From Candidatus Methylomirabilia bacterium (GTDB lineage: Bacteria; Methylomirabilota; Methylomirabilia; Rokubacteriales; CSP1-6), in the NCBI GenBank assembly GCA_041496385.1, contig JBGQEL010000004.1, forward strand, positions 41,127 through 105,126: DNA of 64,000 nt. Direction: 5' to 3'. This document shows, piece by piece, positions 21,927 through 32,792 of the stretch; position 1 is the first letter of the stretch, and each line of letters begins with the position of its first letter. The position numbers were made by a program, and so were the translations under genes. Below the pieces are notes generated by a model. It was not told the origin of the DNA and did not search any database. It saw only the letters and a program-made list of their open reading frames with translations.

Positions 21927-22852
21927 ATCCCGGCGTCCGCGGCCGCGGCCAGGATCCCTTCCCGAAGCCCGTAGTCGCTCACGACCACCTCGTCGGCGCC
22001 GACCTCGTCGAGCGTCGCCAGCACGATCGCGACGCCCGGAACGATGAGGTCGGCACGGCCGGGCTCGAGGCACGGCAGGGCCGCGCGTCCCGCCAGGTCG
22101 AGCGCGCCGAGCCGGCCGAGCTGGCGCTCGATCGCCGCGCGTCCGAGCCGGTGGCCCTGGACGCGCCGCGCGTCGTACCGCGCCAGACGGAGATCGAGCG
22201 CGGCGAGCGTCGTCACGGTGCCCGCGGTGCCGACGAGGCAGGCCGGCCGGGAGCCGCGGATGGCGGCGGGCAGCTCGCGGCGGAGCCGGCTCCGCACCTC
22301 GTCGAGGAGCGCGGCCCACCCCTCGGGATCCACACGCTCCGCGAACGGGAAGCGTTCCGCGAGCGGCACGACCCCCAGCCGCAGACTGACCGCGGAGCGG
22401 ATCTGCCGGCCCTCGGCCAGGACGTACTCGGTGCTGCCGCCGCCGATGTCGAACACGCCGAGGGTGCCGGCGAGCGGCCCGAGGCCCGCCTCCACGCCGC
22501 GCAGCATGAGCCGCGCCTCGTCCTCGCCGCCGACCACCTGGACCGCGTGTCCCGTGGCCCGCTCGATCGCCGCCGCGAACGCCCCGCCGTTGCCGGCCTC
22601 GCGCACGGCGCTCGTCGCGACGATCCTCACGTGTCGCGCGCCGAGCTCCGTCCCGCGGCGCGCGTACCCGGTGACCGCCGCGAGCGTGCGCCGCATCGGT
22701 GTCTCGCCGAGCATGCCCGCCGTCGTGAGTCCCTCGCCGAGACGCGTCACGGTCTGGTCCTGCTCCACCACGCGCCAGGCGCCGGGCGCCTCGACGTCCG
22801 CCACGAGCAGGCGAACCGTGTTCGTCCCCACATCAATGGTGGCGACGCGCAT
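21923..22852 (-). CDS. ppx: Ppx/GppA family exopolyphosphatase
   Basis: IDVGTNTVRLLV, ATSAVREA, DIGGGSTE, GLREG. Confidence 0.9.
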   Translation of the reverse strand: MRVATIDVGTNTVRLLVADVEAPGAWRVVEQDQTVTRLGEGLTTAGMLGETPMRRTLAAVTGYARRGTELGARHVRIVATSAVREAGNGGAFAAAIERATGHAVQVVGGEDEARLMLRGVEAGLGPLAGTLGVFDIGGGSTEYVLAEGRQIRSAVSLRLGVVPLAERFPFAERVDPEGWAALLDEVRSRLRRELPAAIRGSRPACLVGTAGTVTTLAALDLRLARYDARRVQGHRLGRAAIERQLGRLGALDLAGRAALPCLEPGRADLIVPGVAIVLATLDEVGADEVVVSDYGLREGILAAAADAGI

Positions 22853-22867
22853 GCCTCACGACGCACG

Positions 22868-22898
22868 CACGCCCCGCCGGAGGGTCCGGCGGGGCGTG
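22868..22898. terminator. GC-rich stem-loop downstream of the cytochrome c gene, no U-tract
   Basis: CACGCCCCGCCGGA-GGG-TCCGGCGGGGCGTG perfect inverted repeat. Confidence 0.45.
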
Positions 22899-22921
22899 TG
22901 TGATGAAGCGGACGCCGACGT

Positions 22922-23320
22922 CTACTTGCCCTTCAGCGTTCGGATGTAGTTGACGAGCTCCCAGCGCTCCTTGTCGGGCAGGTGCTTCCAGGGCGGCATC
23001 GCCCCGCGCCCGTTGGAGATCTTCCAGAAGATCTCGCCGTCGGTCTGCTTCTGCACCGCGTCCGAGGTCCAGTTCGCCGGCTTGGGCGGCGGAAGCGCGG
23101 CGGCGGCCGGCCCGTCACCCTTGCCCATCGGGCCATGGCAGGACGCGCAGTTCGTCTCGGCCGACTTCTTCGCGCCGCCGACACCCTGCACCGTGTTCTT
23201 CGTTGCCTTCGCATCCGCCGGCGCGACCCACGGGCCCTGGGCGGAGGCCACCGCGATGCCCCCGACGACGAAGGCAAGGCCCGCGATGGTGGCTGTCACC
23301 GACTTCCCGAACGCGCTCAT
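22922..23320 (-). CDS. Periplasmic monoheme c-type cytochrome
   Basis: Signal peptide, CASCH, distal Met in GRGAMPPW; GAGGAGG RBS. Confidence 0.92.
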   Translation of the reverse strand: MSAFGKSVTATIAGLAFVVGGIAVASAQGPWVAPADAKATKNTVQGVGGAKKSAETNCASCHGPMGKGDGPAAAALPPPKPANWTSDAVQKQTDGEIFWKISNGRGAMPPWKHLPDKERWELVNYIRTLKGK

Positions 23321-23343
23321 GGCGCCTCCTCTTGGACGACTGG

Positions 23344-23361
23344 TCGTGACACTGTTCACAA
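23344..23361. promoter_or_regulatory. Rex-like (or CRP-family) operator in the cytochrome c leader
   Basis: Minus strand TTGTGAACAGTGTCACGA vs Rex consensus TTGTGAANNNNTTCACAA; downstream of TTGACC-N18-TTAAAT. Confidence 0.55.
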
Positions 23362-23394
23362 CGTGATCATTTAACACTCGTGTGACGAAGCGGG

Positions 23395-24957
23395 TCAAGC
23401 CCGTATTCGGTCCGCCCTGTCGCGCCGCGCTGCGGCCAGCCAGCAGATCGCGGCGACGGCGCCGTAGGCTCCGGCCAGGCGCGCCGGTATCGCCGACGGC
23501 GCCGCCCAGGGCCAGAAGAGCGCGCCGCTCGCGAGCGGCGAGTGGATGGCGCCGACGAGGGTCGCCAGGCTCGCGAACGCGAACAGCGCGCCGCTGACGC
23601 CGAGGCGCCGTTCGATGATGCCGACGAGCGCCCAGGCCCAGAGCACCGCCGTCAGGATGAAGCCGTTCCCGAGCACCCGCAGCGCCTCGTGGGCCCGAGC
23701 CGCCTCCCCCGTCAGCGACGCGGGTGACAGTCCGAGGGCCGACAGGAGGCCAGCCGTTTCGATCAGGACGACAGCCGCGGCCACGGGAACGAAGGCGAGC
23801 GCCACCGCGGCCCCGTGGCGCGCCGGCGACGCGAGAAACCCCTGAGCCGTGATCTCGAGACCGATGTAGACGAGAATCGGCGCGATCGCCGCCTCCGGAA
23901 GAACGGACACGAGCACGGAGAGCGCGCCGCCGGCGGCGGCGGCGGCGATCACGAGGCCCGTCGCCAGGGTGTAGCCCGCGCGCGCGCCCATCGCCTTGTA
24001 CGCCGGGTGGCCGATGTAGGGCGTGTTCTGGATGACGCCACCCGCCAGGCCCGCGAGCACGGTCGCCCCCGCCTCGGTCAGGAGAATGTCGCGCGTGCGG
24101 TACTCGTCCCCCGCCGCGGCCGCGCTCTCCGTGTTGTCGATACCGCCGATGATGGTCACCAGCGCGAACGGCAGTGCGACCGAGAGGTAGGGCAGCGTCG
24201 CCGGGAGCGCATCGAGCCACGCCAGCGTCGGCCACGGCACCGCGAGACGGAGCGTGCCGACGGCGAGCGGCGCCTCGGGCCCCGTCCCGAGCCAGGCGCG
24301 GAGCCAGAAGAGCGCCGTCCCCGCGACCACCGCGGCGAACGCGCCGGGGAGACCGAACGGCATCCTCACCCGTCCAACGAGCGCCAGCAGCAGGACGGCC
24401 AGCGCGACGAGCCCGACGAGCGGATCGCGGAGAATCTTCAGCATGGGCAGAAACGCGATCAGGAGGATCGCGACGCCCGCGATTGAGCCCAGCAGCGCCG
24501 CACGCGGCACGACCCGCCGGGCCCAGTCACCGCCGAAGGCGAGGCCGACCTTGGCGAGGCCGATGGCGACGGTCGTCGCCATGCCGACCTTCCAGGCGAG
24601 CACCGGGTCGCCCGTGGCGACCATGACCGGTCCGAGCACACCGAAGACCATCGCGAACAGCGTGGGTGTGTCGATGCCGAACGGCATCGCCGTGACGTCC
24701 TCGCGGCCCGTCCGGCGCATGAGGCGCACCGCGAGCCAGGTGTAGACGAGGTCTCCAACGAGGACGCCCAGCGCCGTGCCGGGAACCATCCGGTGCAGGA
24801 CGAGATCGGACGGAAACTTGAAGACGCCGATCAGGAGGCTCGCCAGAATGACGAGCTGCGTGACGTTGTCGAGCGCCAGGCCCAGAAACCCGCTGAGGTC
24901 TCCGGGCCGGATCCACCTCGGGAACCGGCTAGCGCGCCCGGGCGTCGGCCGTTCCAC
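23395..24957 (-). CDS. NCS2-like (xanthine/uracil-type) multi-pass permease
   Basis: Many TM segments; GDLSGFLGLALDN, TAMPFGIDTP, YIGHPAYKAMGARAGYT; start uncertain (GTG 24957). Confidence 0.7.
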   Translation of the reverse strand: MERPTPGRASRFPRWIRPGDLSGFLGLALDNVTQLVILASLLIGVFKFPSDLVLHRMVPGTALGVLVGDLVYTWLAVRLMRRTGREDVTAMPFGIDTPTLFAMVFGVLGPVMVATGDPVLAWKVGMATTVAIGLAKVGLAFGGDWARRVVPRAALLGSIAGVAILLIAFLPMLKILRDPLVGLVALAVLLLALVGRVRMPFGLPGAFAAVVAGTALFWLRAWLGTGPEAPLAVGTLRLAVPWPTLAWLDALPATLPYLSVALPFALVTIIGGIDNTESAAAAGDEYRTRDILLTEAGATVLAGLAGGVIQNTPYIGHPAYKAMGARAGYTLATGLVIAAAAAGGALSVLVSVLPEAAIAPILVYIGLEITAQGFLASPARHGAAVALAFVPVAAAVVLIETAGLLSALGLSPASLTGEAARAHEALRVLGNGFILTAVLWAWALVGIIERRLGVSGALFAFASLATLVGAIHSPLASGALFWPWAAPSAIPARLAGAYGAVAAICWLAAARRDRADRIRA

Positions 24958-25234
24958 GCTCCGCCAGGAGGTCGCGCGCGAGGGCTTTGGTTCGCTCCGC
25001 GAGCTCGGCGCACCAGGCGAGGCTCCCGCGCTGCGCGGCCACCTCACGAAAATCGAACCCCAGCGGCGGGCTCACGCGCGTGCCGACCCGGAGCCGCGCG
25101 TCGTAGGACCGGCCTTCGCGCTCATCGCCGGCGGCCACCTCGACCTCGACGCGCGGGCTCACACGCTTGGCGTGCGAGGTGAGGAAGTTCCAGAGCCAGC
25201 GGCCGACCTCGTCGTATGAGCCACCCGAAAACAT
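24929..25234 (-). CDS. Hypothetical protein, 101 aa
   Basis: ORF with a TGcTACAAT extended -10 located 6 nt before the ATG. Confidence 0.65.
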   Translation of the reverse strand: MFSGGSYDEVGRWLWNFLTSHAKRVSPRVEVEVAAGDEREGRSYDARLRVGTRVSPPLGFDFREVAAQRGSLAWCAELAERTKALARDLLAERGTADARAR

Positions 25235-25302
25235 GGCGGCATTGTAGCAAAGCCCCTCGCGACGACATGCCGCCGGCCGCCGAGACTACGCCGACCGCTC
25301 CC

Positions 25303-27590
25303 CTAGCATTCGTTGAAGCCGCACGACAGGCACTTCTTGCAGCCTTCCTCGTAGATGAACGTCGCCTGGCCGCACTCCTTGCAAAGGTCGCCGATCTGCT
25401 TGCGGCCGTTCGCGTCCGCCGCCGGCGGCTCCGCCGCGGGCTTCACCTGCCCGATGTGCTCGGCGAGCGTCCGCGCGAGCGCGTCCGGCAGCGACAGGAT
25501 CTTGGCCGGGCCGAAGCCGGTCGGCTGGCCGCCTCCGATCCTCGAAAGCTGGCTGATGACCTCCTCGAGCCTCCGCTGAGCCGTGAGGGGCGAAGGCAGC
25601 CTCAGGACGAGCGAAATCAGCCTCCCGAGCGCCTCCGCGACCGCCATCGTGTCGGAGCCGCCCTTTCCGACCTGGACGAACACCTCGAACGGGTCGCTGT
25701 CCGTGGTCTCGTTGACCGTGATGAACGCCGTGCCGATCGGCGTCTCGGTCCGGTAGGTCGAGCCGTTCAGGCTCCGCGGCCGCGGCCGGATGACCGCGGG
25801 AGTGGCGCTGGACGCGGACCCCGCCTTCTCCTTCTTGCCGACGCCGACGTTCAGCACCTGCTCGCCCTTGCAGCCGTCGCGGAACACGGTGATCCCGAGG
25901 CAGCCCAGGTCCCAGGCGAGCGTGTAGGCGCGCGCGACATCGGCCTCGGGCGCGTCGTTCGGCAGAAGATCGTCTTCGATACTCCATTGTCCGTGTAGCG
26001 CTGGAACGCCGCCTGATGCCGCACGTGCCACTCGAAGCCGATCTCGTGCGACGTCTTGAAGGTGTGCGCGGCCGCCTCGGGGATCCCGGGGATCCCGTGG
26101 AGCGACCCGCGCTTGGCGACCTCGCGCATCAGCGCGTCGGAGTAGAAGCCCTGCTCCTTCGCGATCCGCTCGAAGGTCTCGTTGACGAAGGTCAGCACCC
26201 GCTCGCCGTCGGGCTGCTTCACGCGGTGTTCGAAGGCGAGGGCGAAGATCGGCTCGACGCCGGACGAGCAGCCCGCGATCATCGAGATCGTCCCCGTCGG
26301 GGCGATCGTCGTGACCGTGGAGTTCCGGAAGGGCCGCTCGTTCTTGTAGATGGAGAGGCTCCAGTTCGGGAACGGTCCCCGCTCCTCGGCCAGCTTCGCC
26401 GATTGGTCGTGGGACTGTTCCTTCACGAACCCCATGAGCCGGTCGGCGAGGTCGATCGCCTCCTGGCTGTCGTACGCGATGCCCATCGTGAACAGCAGGT
26501 CGGCCCAGCCCATGATGCCGAGGCCGATCCGCCGGTTGGCCTTCACCGTCGCGTCGATCACGGGCAGCGGGTACGGGTTCATCTCGATGACGTCGTCGAG
26601 GAAGCGCACCGCCAGCCGAATGACGCGCTCCATCTCGTCCCAGTCGATCGACCACTCCCCGTCCTCGCCGCGCCGCGCGAACTTCGACACGTTCAGCGAG
26701 CCGAGGTTGCACGCTTCGTTGGGCAGGAGCGGCTGCTCCCCGCACGGGTTCGTCGCCTCGACCACGCCGATCTCGGGCGTCGGGTTCGCCGGGCTCGCGT
26801 TGATGCGGTCGATGAACACCATGCCCGGGTCGCCCGTGCGCCACGCGGCCCGCACGATCCGGTCGAAGACCTGCTGGGCCGAGAGCCGGCCCGTCGGCTC
26901 CCCGGTGTGCGGGTTGATCAGGTCGTACTCGGCGCCCGCCGCCAGGGCGTCCATGAACGTGTCGGTGGCCGCGACGGAGATGTTGAAGTTGGTGATCCCG
27001 CCGTCGAGCTTGCAGTCGATGAACTCGAGGACGTCGGGATGATCCACCTTCAGGATCCCCATGTTCGCGCCGCGCCGCGTTCCGCCCTGCTTGACCGCCT
27101 CCGTGGCGCTGTTGAACACCCGGAGGAAGGACACCGGCCCGGACGCCCGGCCGCCGGTGGAGGCGACGATGTCGTCCTTGGGGCGAAGCCGCGAGAACGC
27201 AAAGCCGGTGCCGCCGCCCGATTTGTGGATGATCGCCGCGGCCTTCACCGAATCGAAGATCTCTTCCATCGAGTCGCCCACCGGCAGGACGTAACAGGCC
27301 GAGTACTGCAGCCCGTTTCCCTTTCCCGCGTTCATCAGGGTGGGCGAGTTCGGCAGGAAGTAGCCGTCGACCATCATCTCGTAGAACGCGCTCGCGATCT
27401 CCCGGACGGCCGCCTGGCTCCGTCCGTAGCGTGCCTCGCCCGCGGCGATGGAGAGCGCGACCCGCCAGCACATCTCCTCCGGCGTCTCGATCACCTCGCC
27501 ACCCTCGCGCATCAGGTAGCGCTCCCGCAAAACACGCAACGCGGGCTCGGTCCATGCGCCGACTTTCGGCGGACGGGTCTCAGACAACAT
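25303..27590 (-). CDS. nrdJ: Class II (adenosylcobalamin-dependent) ribonucleotide reductase with C-terminal TSCPD and Zn-ribbon; one frameshift near 25966
   Basis: FLPNSPTLMNAG, SACYV, QGGTRRGANM, ATNPCGEQ, EACNLGSLN, TIAPTGT in one frame; LPNDA...GITVFRDG...CKECG...EGCKKCLSCG in another. Confidence 0.92.
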
Positions 27591-27611
27591 ACGGGGCCTC
27601 CTCCCGATCAG

Positions 27612-27659
27612 ACACGATATCTAGTGGTGAGCGCGAGCCTAGCACGCTGAATCTAGCGG
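27612..27659. promoter_or_regulatory. Tandem NrdR boxes upstream of nrdJ
   Basis: ACACGATATCTAGTGG (27612-27627) and weaker ACGCTGAATCTAGCGG (27644-27659), 32 bp apart; the second lies in the spacer between TTGACG and TGcTAGGCT. Confidence 0.75.
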
Positions 27660-27740
27660 CCGTCAAGAAAAAAGGTGTCCACCGTTCTCCACAGGGGTTC
27701 CACCTGTCTGTCCACCGGCTCGTGTTATTCTCGGGGCCGT

Positions 27741-29108
27741 ATGAAATCGGTCTCGACATTCCTTATTCTCGCGCTGGTCTCACTCAGTTGCCACGCTGCG
27801 GTCGCACTCGCACAGACTCCGCCGTCTCCAGCTCCGGCGACGCCCGGCGCGCCTCAAGCGTCACCGACTCGGACGCCCATCGCCGGCAGGGTGCTGGTCC
27901 TCGACGAGTGCATCGCGATCGCACTCGAGTCGCAGCCCAAGATCCAGGCGACGCTCTTCGACTACGCCGCGGCGCGCTATCGCGTAAACCAGGCGTTCGC
28001 GCCGCTGCTGCCGCAGCTCACGGGCTCCGTGTCGGCCGCGCAGAACTCGGGGACGTTGCTGAGCACCTCGCCGACGACGGGCGTGACGACGGGGTTCGTT
28101 CAGACCCGCTCGCTCTCGCAGACCTTCCTCGCCCAGGTCCAGCTCTCCCAGCTCCTCTTCGATTTCGGCAAGAACCTCGCGGCCACCGAAGCCGCGCGGA
28201 AGCTCGCGGAGATCGCCGTCGAGAACATCGAACTCCAGCGGCAGCTCATCGCGCTCGCGGTGAAAGAGGCGTACACCAACACGCTGTTCGCCCAGCGCCT
28301 GATCAAGGTGAACCAGGAGGCGCTCAGCCGCGCCGACCTGAACCTCAGGTCCAGCAAGGGCTTCTTCGAGGTCGGCACCCGCCCGAAGTCCGACGTCGTG
28401 CGCGCCGAGGTCGACGTGGCGAACGCCAAGCTGGCGCTCATCCAGGCACGCAACGCCCTGCGTACCGCGATCGTCGCGCTCAACATCGCGATGGCGATCG
28501 ACGTGGACACGCCGACCCAGATCAAGGACAACCTGATCTTCGAGACGGTGACGATCGACCGCCAGCAGCACCGTGCGGAGGCCCTCAAGAACCGGCCCGA
28601 GTACCGCCAGGCCAGGCTGAGCGTCGGAGCGGCGGAGGCCACCGAGCGGCAGACCTTCCGCAACTTCTTCCCCGACGTCAGCGGCACCGGGACCTACGGC
28701 GGGAGCCAGCCGCAGTTCAACGAGAGCTGGGCGCTCGGGCTGACCTTCACCTGGTCGCTCTTCGACGGCGGCGGGCGCATCGCGAAGTACCAGGAGGCCA
28801 AGGCCAACCTCGAGGGAGCAAAGGCCCGCGTGCGGTCCGCCGAGCTCGACATCCTCCAAAATGTCGAGCAGTCGGAGATCGCCGTCGAGGAGACGCAGGA
28901 ACGCATCCAGGCCGCGCAGGCGCTGGTCGCCTCGGCGCAGGAGAACTTCCGTCTCGCCCAGGGCCGCTTCGACGCGGGAGTCGGCACCATCCTGGAGCTG
29001 ACCGACGCGCAGCTGGCGTTCACCCAGGCGCAGAGCACGGAGACACAGGCGCTCGCGGACTACCGCATCGCCCTGGCGCGGCTCGAGCGGGCGCTGGGTC
29101 GGCGCTGA
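27741..29108 (+). CDS. TolC family outer-membrane efflux protein
   Basis: Signal peptide, LLPQLTGS, LSQLLFDFGK, RFDAGVGTILELTDAQ. Confidence 0.92.
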   Translation: MKSVSTFLILALVSLSCHAAVALAQTPPSPAPATPGAPQASPTRTPIAGRVLVLDECIAIALESQPKIQATLFDYAAARYRVNQAFAPLLPQLTGSVSAAQNSGTLLSTSPTTGVTTGFVQTRSLSQTFLAQVQLSQLLFDFGKNLAATEAARKLAEIAVENIELQRQLIALAVKEAYTNTLFAQRLIKVNQEALSRADLNLRSSKGFFEVGTRPKSDVVRAEVDVANAKLALIQARNALRTAIVALNIAMAIDVDTPTQIKDNLIFETVTIDRQQHRAEALKNRPEYRQARLSVGAAEATERQTFRNFFPDVSGTGTYGGSQPQFNESWALGLTFTWSLFDGGGRIAKYQEAKANLEGAKARVRSAELDILQNVEQSEIAVEETQERIQAAQALVASAQENFRLAQGRFDAGVGTILELTDAQLAFTQAQSTETQALADYRIALARLERALGRR

Positions 29109-29114
29109 ACGCCC

Positions 29115-29144
29115 TGTAAACATTCACGACTCGCCGGACGTCTA
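29115..29144 (+). promoter_or_regulatory. Candidate internal ECF-sigma promoter ahead of the membrane fusion protein gene
   Basis: TGTAAAC-N17-CGTCTA. Confidence 0.35.
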
Positions 29145-29149
29145 GAGAG

Positions 29150-30811
29150 ATGATGCGACGAATCCTTTCCGTGGTGATCGTCGCGGGCCTGGTCGGCGCT
29201 GGTGTCTGGGCGTTTCTCTACACGCAGAGCCGGGGCAACGCGCCGAAGTACCGACTCGTGAAGGTGGAGCGTGGCGCCCTGACGGCCGCCGTCTCGGCCA
29301 CCGGCAACCTGAACGCCGTCATCACCGTCCAGGTGGGCAGCCAGGTGTCCGGCCAGATCAAGGAGCTGCTCGTCGACTTCAACTCCGTCGTGAAGAAGAA
29401 CCAGGTCGTCGCGCGGATCGACCCGGACATCTTCGTGGCCAAGGTCAACCAGGCGAAGGCCGACGTCGACTCCGCCAAGGCCACCGTGCTCAACCAGCAG
29501 GCGCTGGTCGAAAAAACTCGCGCCGATCTCGAGAATGCGCGCGCGGCGGCGGCCGAGGGCCGGGCCCAGACCGCCAAGGCGCAGGTCGCCGTGGTCGACG
29601 GCAAGCGGGACTACGATCGCAAGACCGAGCTGTTCGCCCGCAAGCTGATCGCCAAGAGCGACCTCGACTCCTCGCAGGCCACGCACGATTCGGCCCTCGC
29701 CCAGCTCGATTCGGCCAAGGCGCACGACCAGGCGCTCGAGTCCGCCATCCAGTCCGCGGTCGCCCAGCTCCGCGTGGTGCAAGCCATGCTCGAGTCCGCG
29801 CGCGCCCAGGTGCAGCAGAAGGACGCCGCGCTCAAGCAGGCCCAGCTCGATCTGGACCACACGACGATCCTCGCGCCGGTCGACGGGGTCGTCGTCTCTC
29901 GACAGGTCGACGTGGGCCAGACGGTGGCCGCCAGCCTTCAGGCGCCCGTGCTCTTCACGATCGCCCAGGACCTCACCAAGATGCAGGTCGAGACGAGCGT
30001 GGACGAGGCCGACATCGGCCGCATCAAGCTCGACGACCGCGCGGCGTTCACGGTGGACGCGTTCCCGGGCGAGACGTTCGTGGGCACCGTGACCCAGATC
30101 CGCAAGGCCGCCCAGATCGTCCAGAACGTCGTGACCTACACCGTGATCGTCGCCGTGGGCAATCCCTCGGGCAAGCTCCTGCCAGGGATGACCGCCAACG
30201 TCAAGCTCGTCGTCGCGCAGAAGCCGAGCGTCCTGAAGGTGGCGAACGCGGCGCTCCGGTTCCGCCCGGCCGGCGCCGACGCCGCCGGTCCGGGCGCGGC
30301 GCCGCCGGGTGGCGGCGCGAGCACGGGCCGCGGCGGCGGCGCGGCAGGCGGCGGCCAGCCGTCGCTCGAGCAGGTGCGCGAGCGGCTCGTGACGGAGCTG
30401 AAGCTCAGCGAGGAGCAGCAGAAGAAGCTCGAGCCGATCCTCCAGGAGGGCCGCGAGCAGTTCCGCGCGCTCCAGGGGCTGCCGGAGGGCGACCGACGGG
30501 CGCAGGCGCAGAAGATCCGCGAGGCCCAGCGCGCGCGCATCCGGGAGTTCCTCACCGACGCGCAGAAGACACGCTATGACGAGATCGTGGCCGCGCAGGG
30601 CGGCGAGGCCGGGCGAGCCGGGATCGCCGGTCGCGTCTGGATCGTGGGACCCGACGGCAAGCCCAGCGTGATCGCCCTCACGCTGGGGCTGAGCGACGGG
30701 AGCGCCACGGAGGTCCTGCGCGGCGAGATCAAGGAAGGTCAGGACGTGATCGTCGGCCTCGCGGGCGCTCGCGGCACCCAGCCGCAGAGCGCGCCGCGCC
30801 TAAGGCTCTAG
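29150..30811 (+). CDS. MacA-like periplasmic adaptor (MFP) with a Spy/CpxP-like helical insertion
   Basis: [34 protein letters not shown]; insertion carries LSEEQ/LTDAQ motifs. Confidence 0.9.
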   Translation: MMRRILSVVIVAGLVGAGVWAFLYTQSRGNAPKYRLVKVERGALTAAVSATGNLNAVITVQVGSQVSGQIKELLVDFNSVVKKNQVVARIDPDIFVAKVNQAKADVDSAKATVLNQQALVEKTRADLENARAAAAEGRAQTAKAQVAVVDGKRDYDRKTELFARKLIAKSDLDSSQATHDSALAQLDSAKAHDQALESAIQSAVAQLRVVQAMLESARAQVQQKDAALKQAQLDLDHTTILAPVDGVVVSRQVDVGQTVAASLQAPVLFTIAQDLTKMQVETSVDEADIGRIKLDDRAAFTVDAFPGETFVGTVTQIRKAAQIVQNVVTYTVIVAVGNPSGKLLPGMTANVKLVVAQKPSVLKVANAALRFRPAGADAAGPGAAPPGGGASTGRGGGAAGGGQPSLEQVRERLVTELKLSEEQQKKLEPILQEGREQFRALQGLPEGDRRAQAQKIREAQRARIREFLTDAQKTRYDEIVAAQGGEAGRAGIAGRVWIVGPDGKPSVIALTLGLSDGSATEVLRGEIKEGQDVIVGLAGARGTQPQSAPRLRL

Positions 30812-30813
30812 CC

Positions 30814-31556
<743 letters not shown>

Positions 31557-31560
<4 letters not shown>

Positions 31561-32789
31561 GCGTCTGGCAGAGCGTCCGGATCGCCGGCCGGGCCCTCCG
31601 GGTGAACAAGCTCCGGAGCGCCCTCACGATGCTCGGGATCATCATCGGCGTCAGCGCCGTCATCGCGATGGTCGGCGTCGGCGCCGGCGCCCAGGCGCGG
31701 GTCGCCGAGCAGATCCAGAGCCTCGGGTCGAACCTCATCATCGTGCTCTCGGGCAGCACGACCTCGGGCGGCGTCCGCCTCGGGAACAGCAGCCAGCTCA
31801 CGATCACCGAGGACGACGCCGCGGCGATCGCGCGCGAGGTCGCCAGCGTCCAGGTCGCGGCGCCGTCGGTGCGCGGCTCGGCCCAGGTGGTCTACGGAAA
31901 CCTCAACTGGTCGACCGCCATCCAGGGGGTGACGCCCGACTACGCGGAGGCGCGCGAGTGGCCGGTGATGGACGGCCGGCACGTGGGCCCCGAGGACGTG
32001 GACGGCGCGACCAAGGTGGCGCTGCTCGGCCAGACGACGGCGCTCAATCTCTTCGGCGAGGCCGAGCCCCTCGGCCAGATCATCCGGATCAAGAAGGTCC
32101 CCTTCACCGTCATCGGCGTGCTCACGCGCAAGGGCCAGAACTCCTGGGGCCAGGACCAGGACGACATCATCCTGATCCCGATCTCGACCGCGAAGAAGAA
32201 GGTGATCGGCACGAGCCAGGCCAATCCACGCGCCGTCGGCTCGATCTCCATCAAGATCCGTCCCGGCGAGGACATGACGGAGGCCGAGGACCAGATCCGC
32301 GGGCTGCTGCGGCAGCGGCACCGGCTCCAGCCGTTCCAGGACGACGACTTCTGGCTCCGCAACCTCTCCGAGATTCTCCAGACACAGGAGGACTCCTCGC
32401 GGGTCATGACGTACCTGCTCGCGGCGATCGCCTCGGTGTCGCTGCTCGTCGGCGGGATCGGCATCATGAACATCATGCTCGTGTCGGTCACCGAGCGCAC
32501 CCGCGAGATCGGCCTGCGCATGGCGGTCGGCGCCCGCCGGCGGCACATCCTGCTCCAGTTCCTGATCGAGGCGGTGACGCTCTCGCTGATCGGCGGGATC
32601 GTCGGCATCGCGCTGGGCGTCGGCGGCTCCGAGCTGATCAGCTACTTCGCCGAGTGGCGCACCCTCGTCGCGCCCGAGTCGATCGTGCTGGCGTTCGGCT
32701 TCGCCGCCGCGATCGGGATCTTCTTCGGATTCTATCCGGCCCGGAAGGCCTCGCGCCTCGATCCGATCGACGCGCTCCGCTACGAGTAG
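31557..32789 (+). CDS. MacB-like ABC permease
   Basis: [48 protein letters not shown] overlaps the upstream stop. Confidence 0.93.
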
Positions 32790-32792
32790 CGC

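Noticed and set aside
25963..25970. Programmed frameshift or intein in nrdJ
   Set aside because: No slippery sequence or inserted domain, and a conserved Asn codon is lost.
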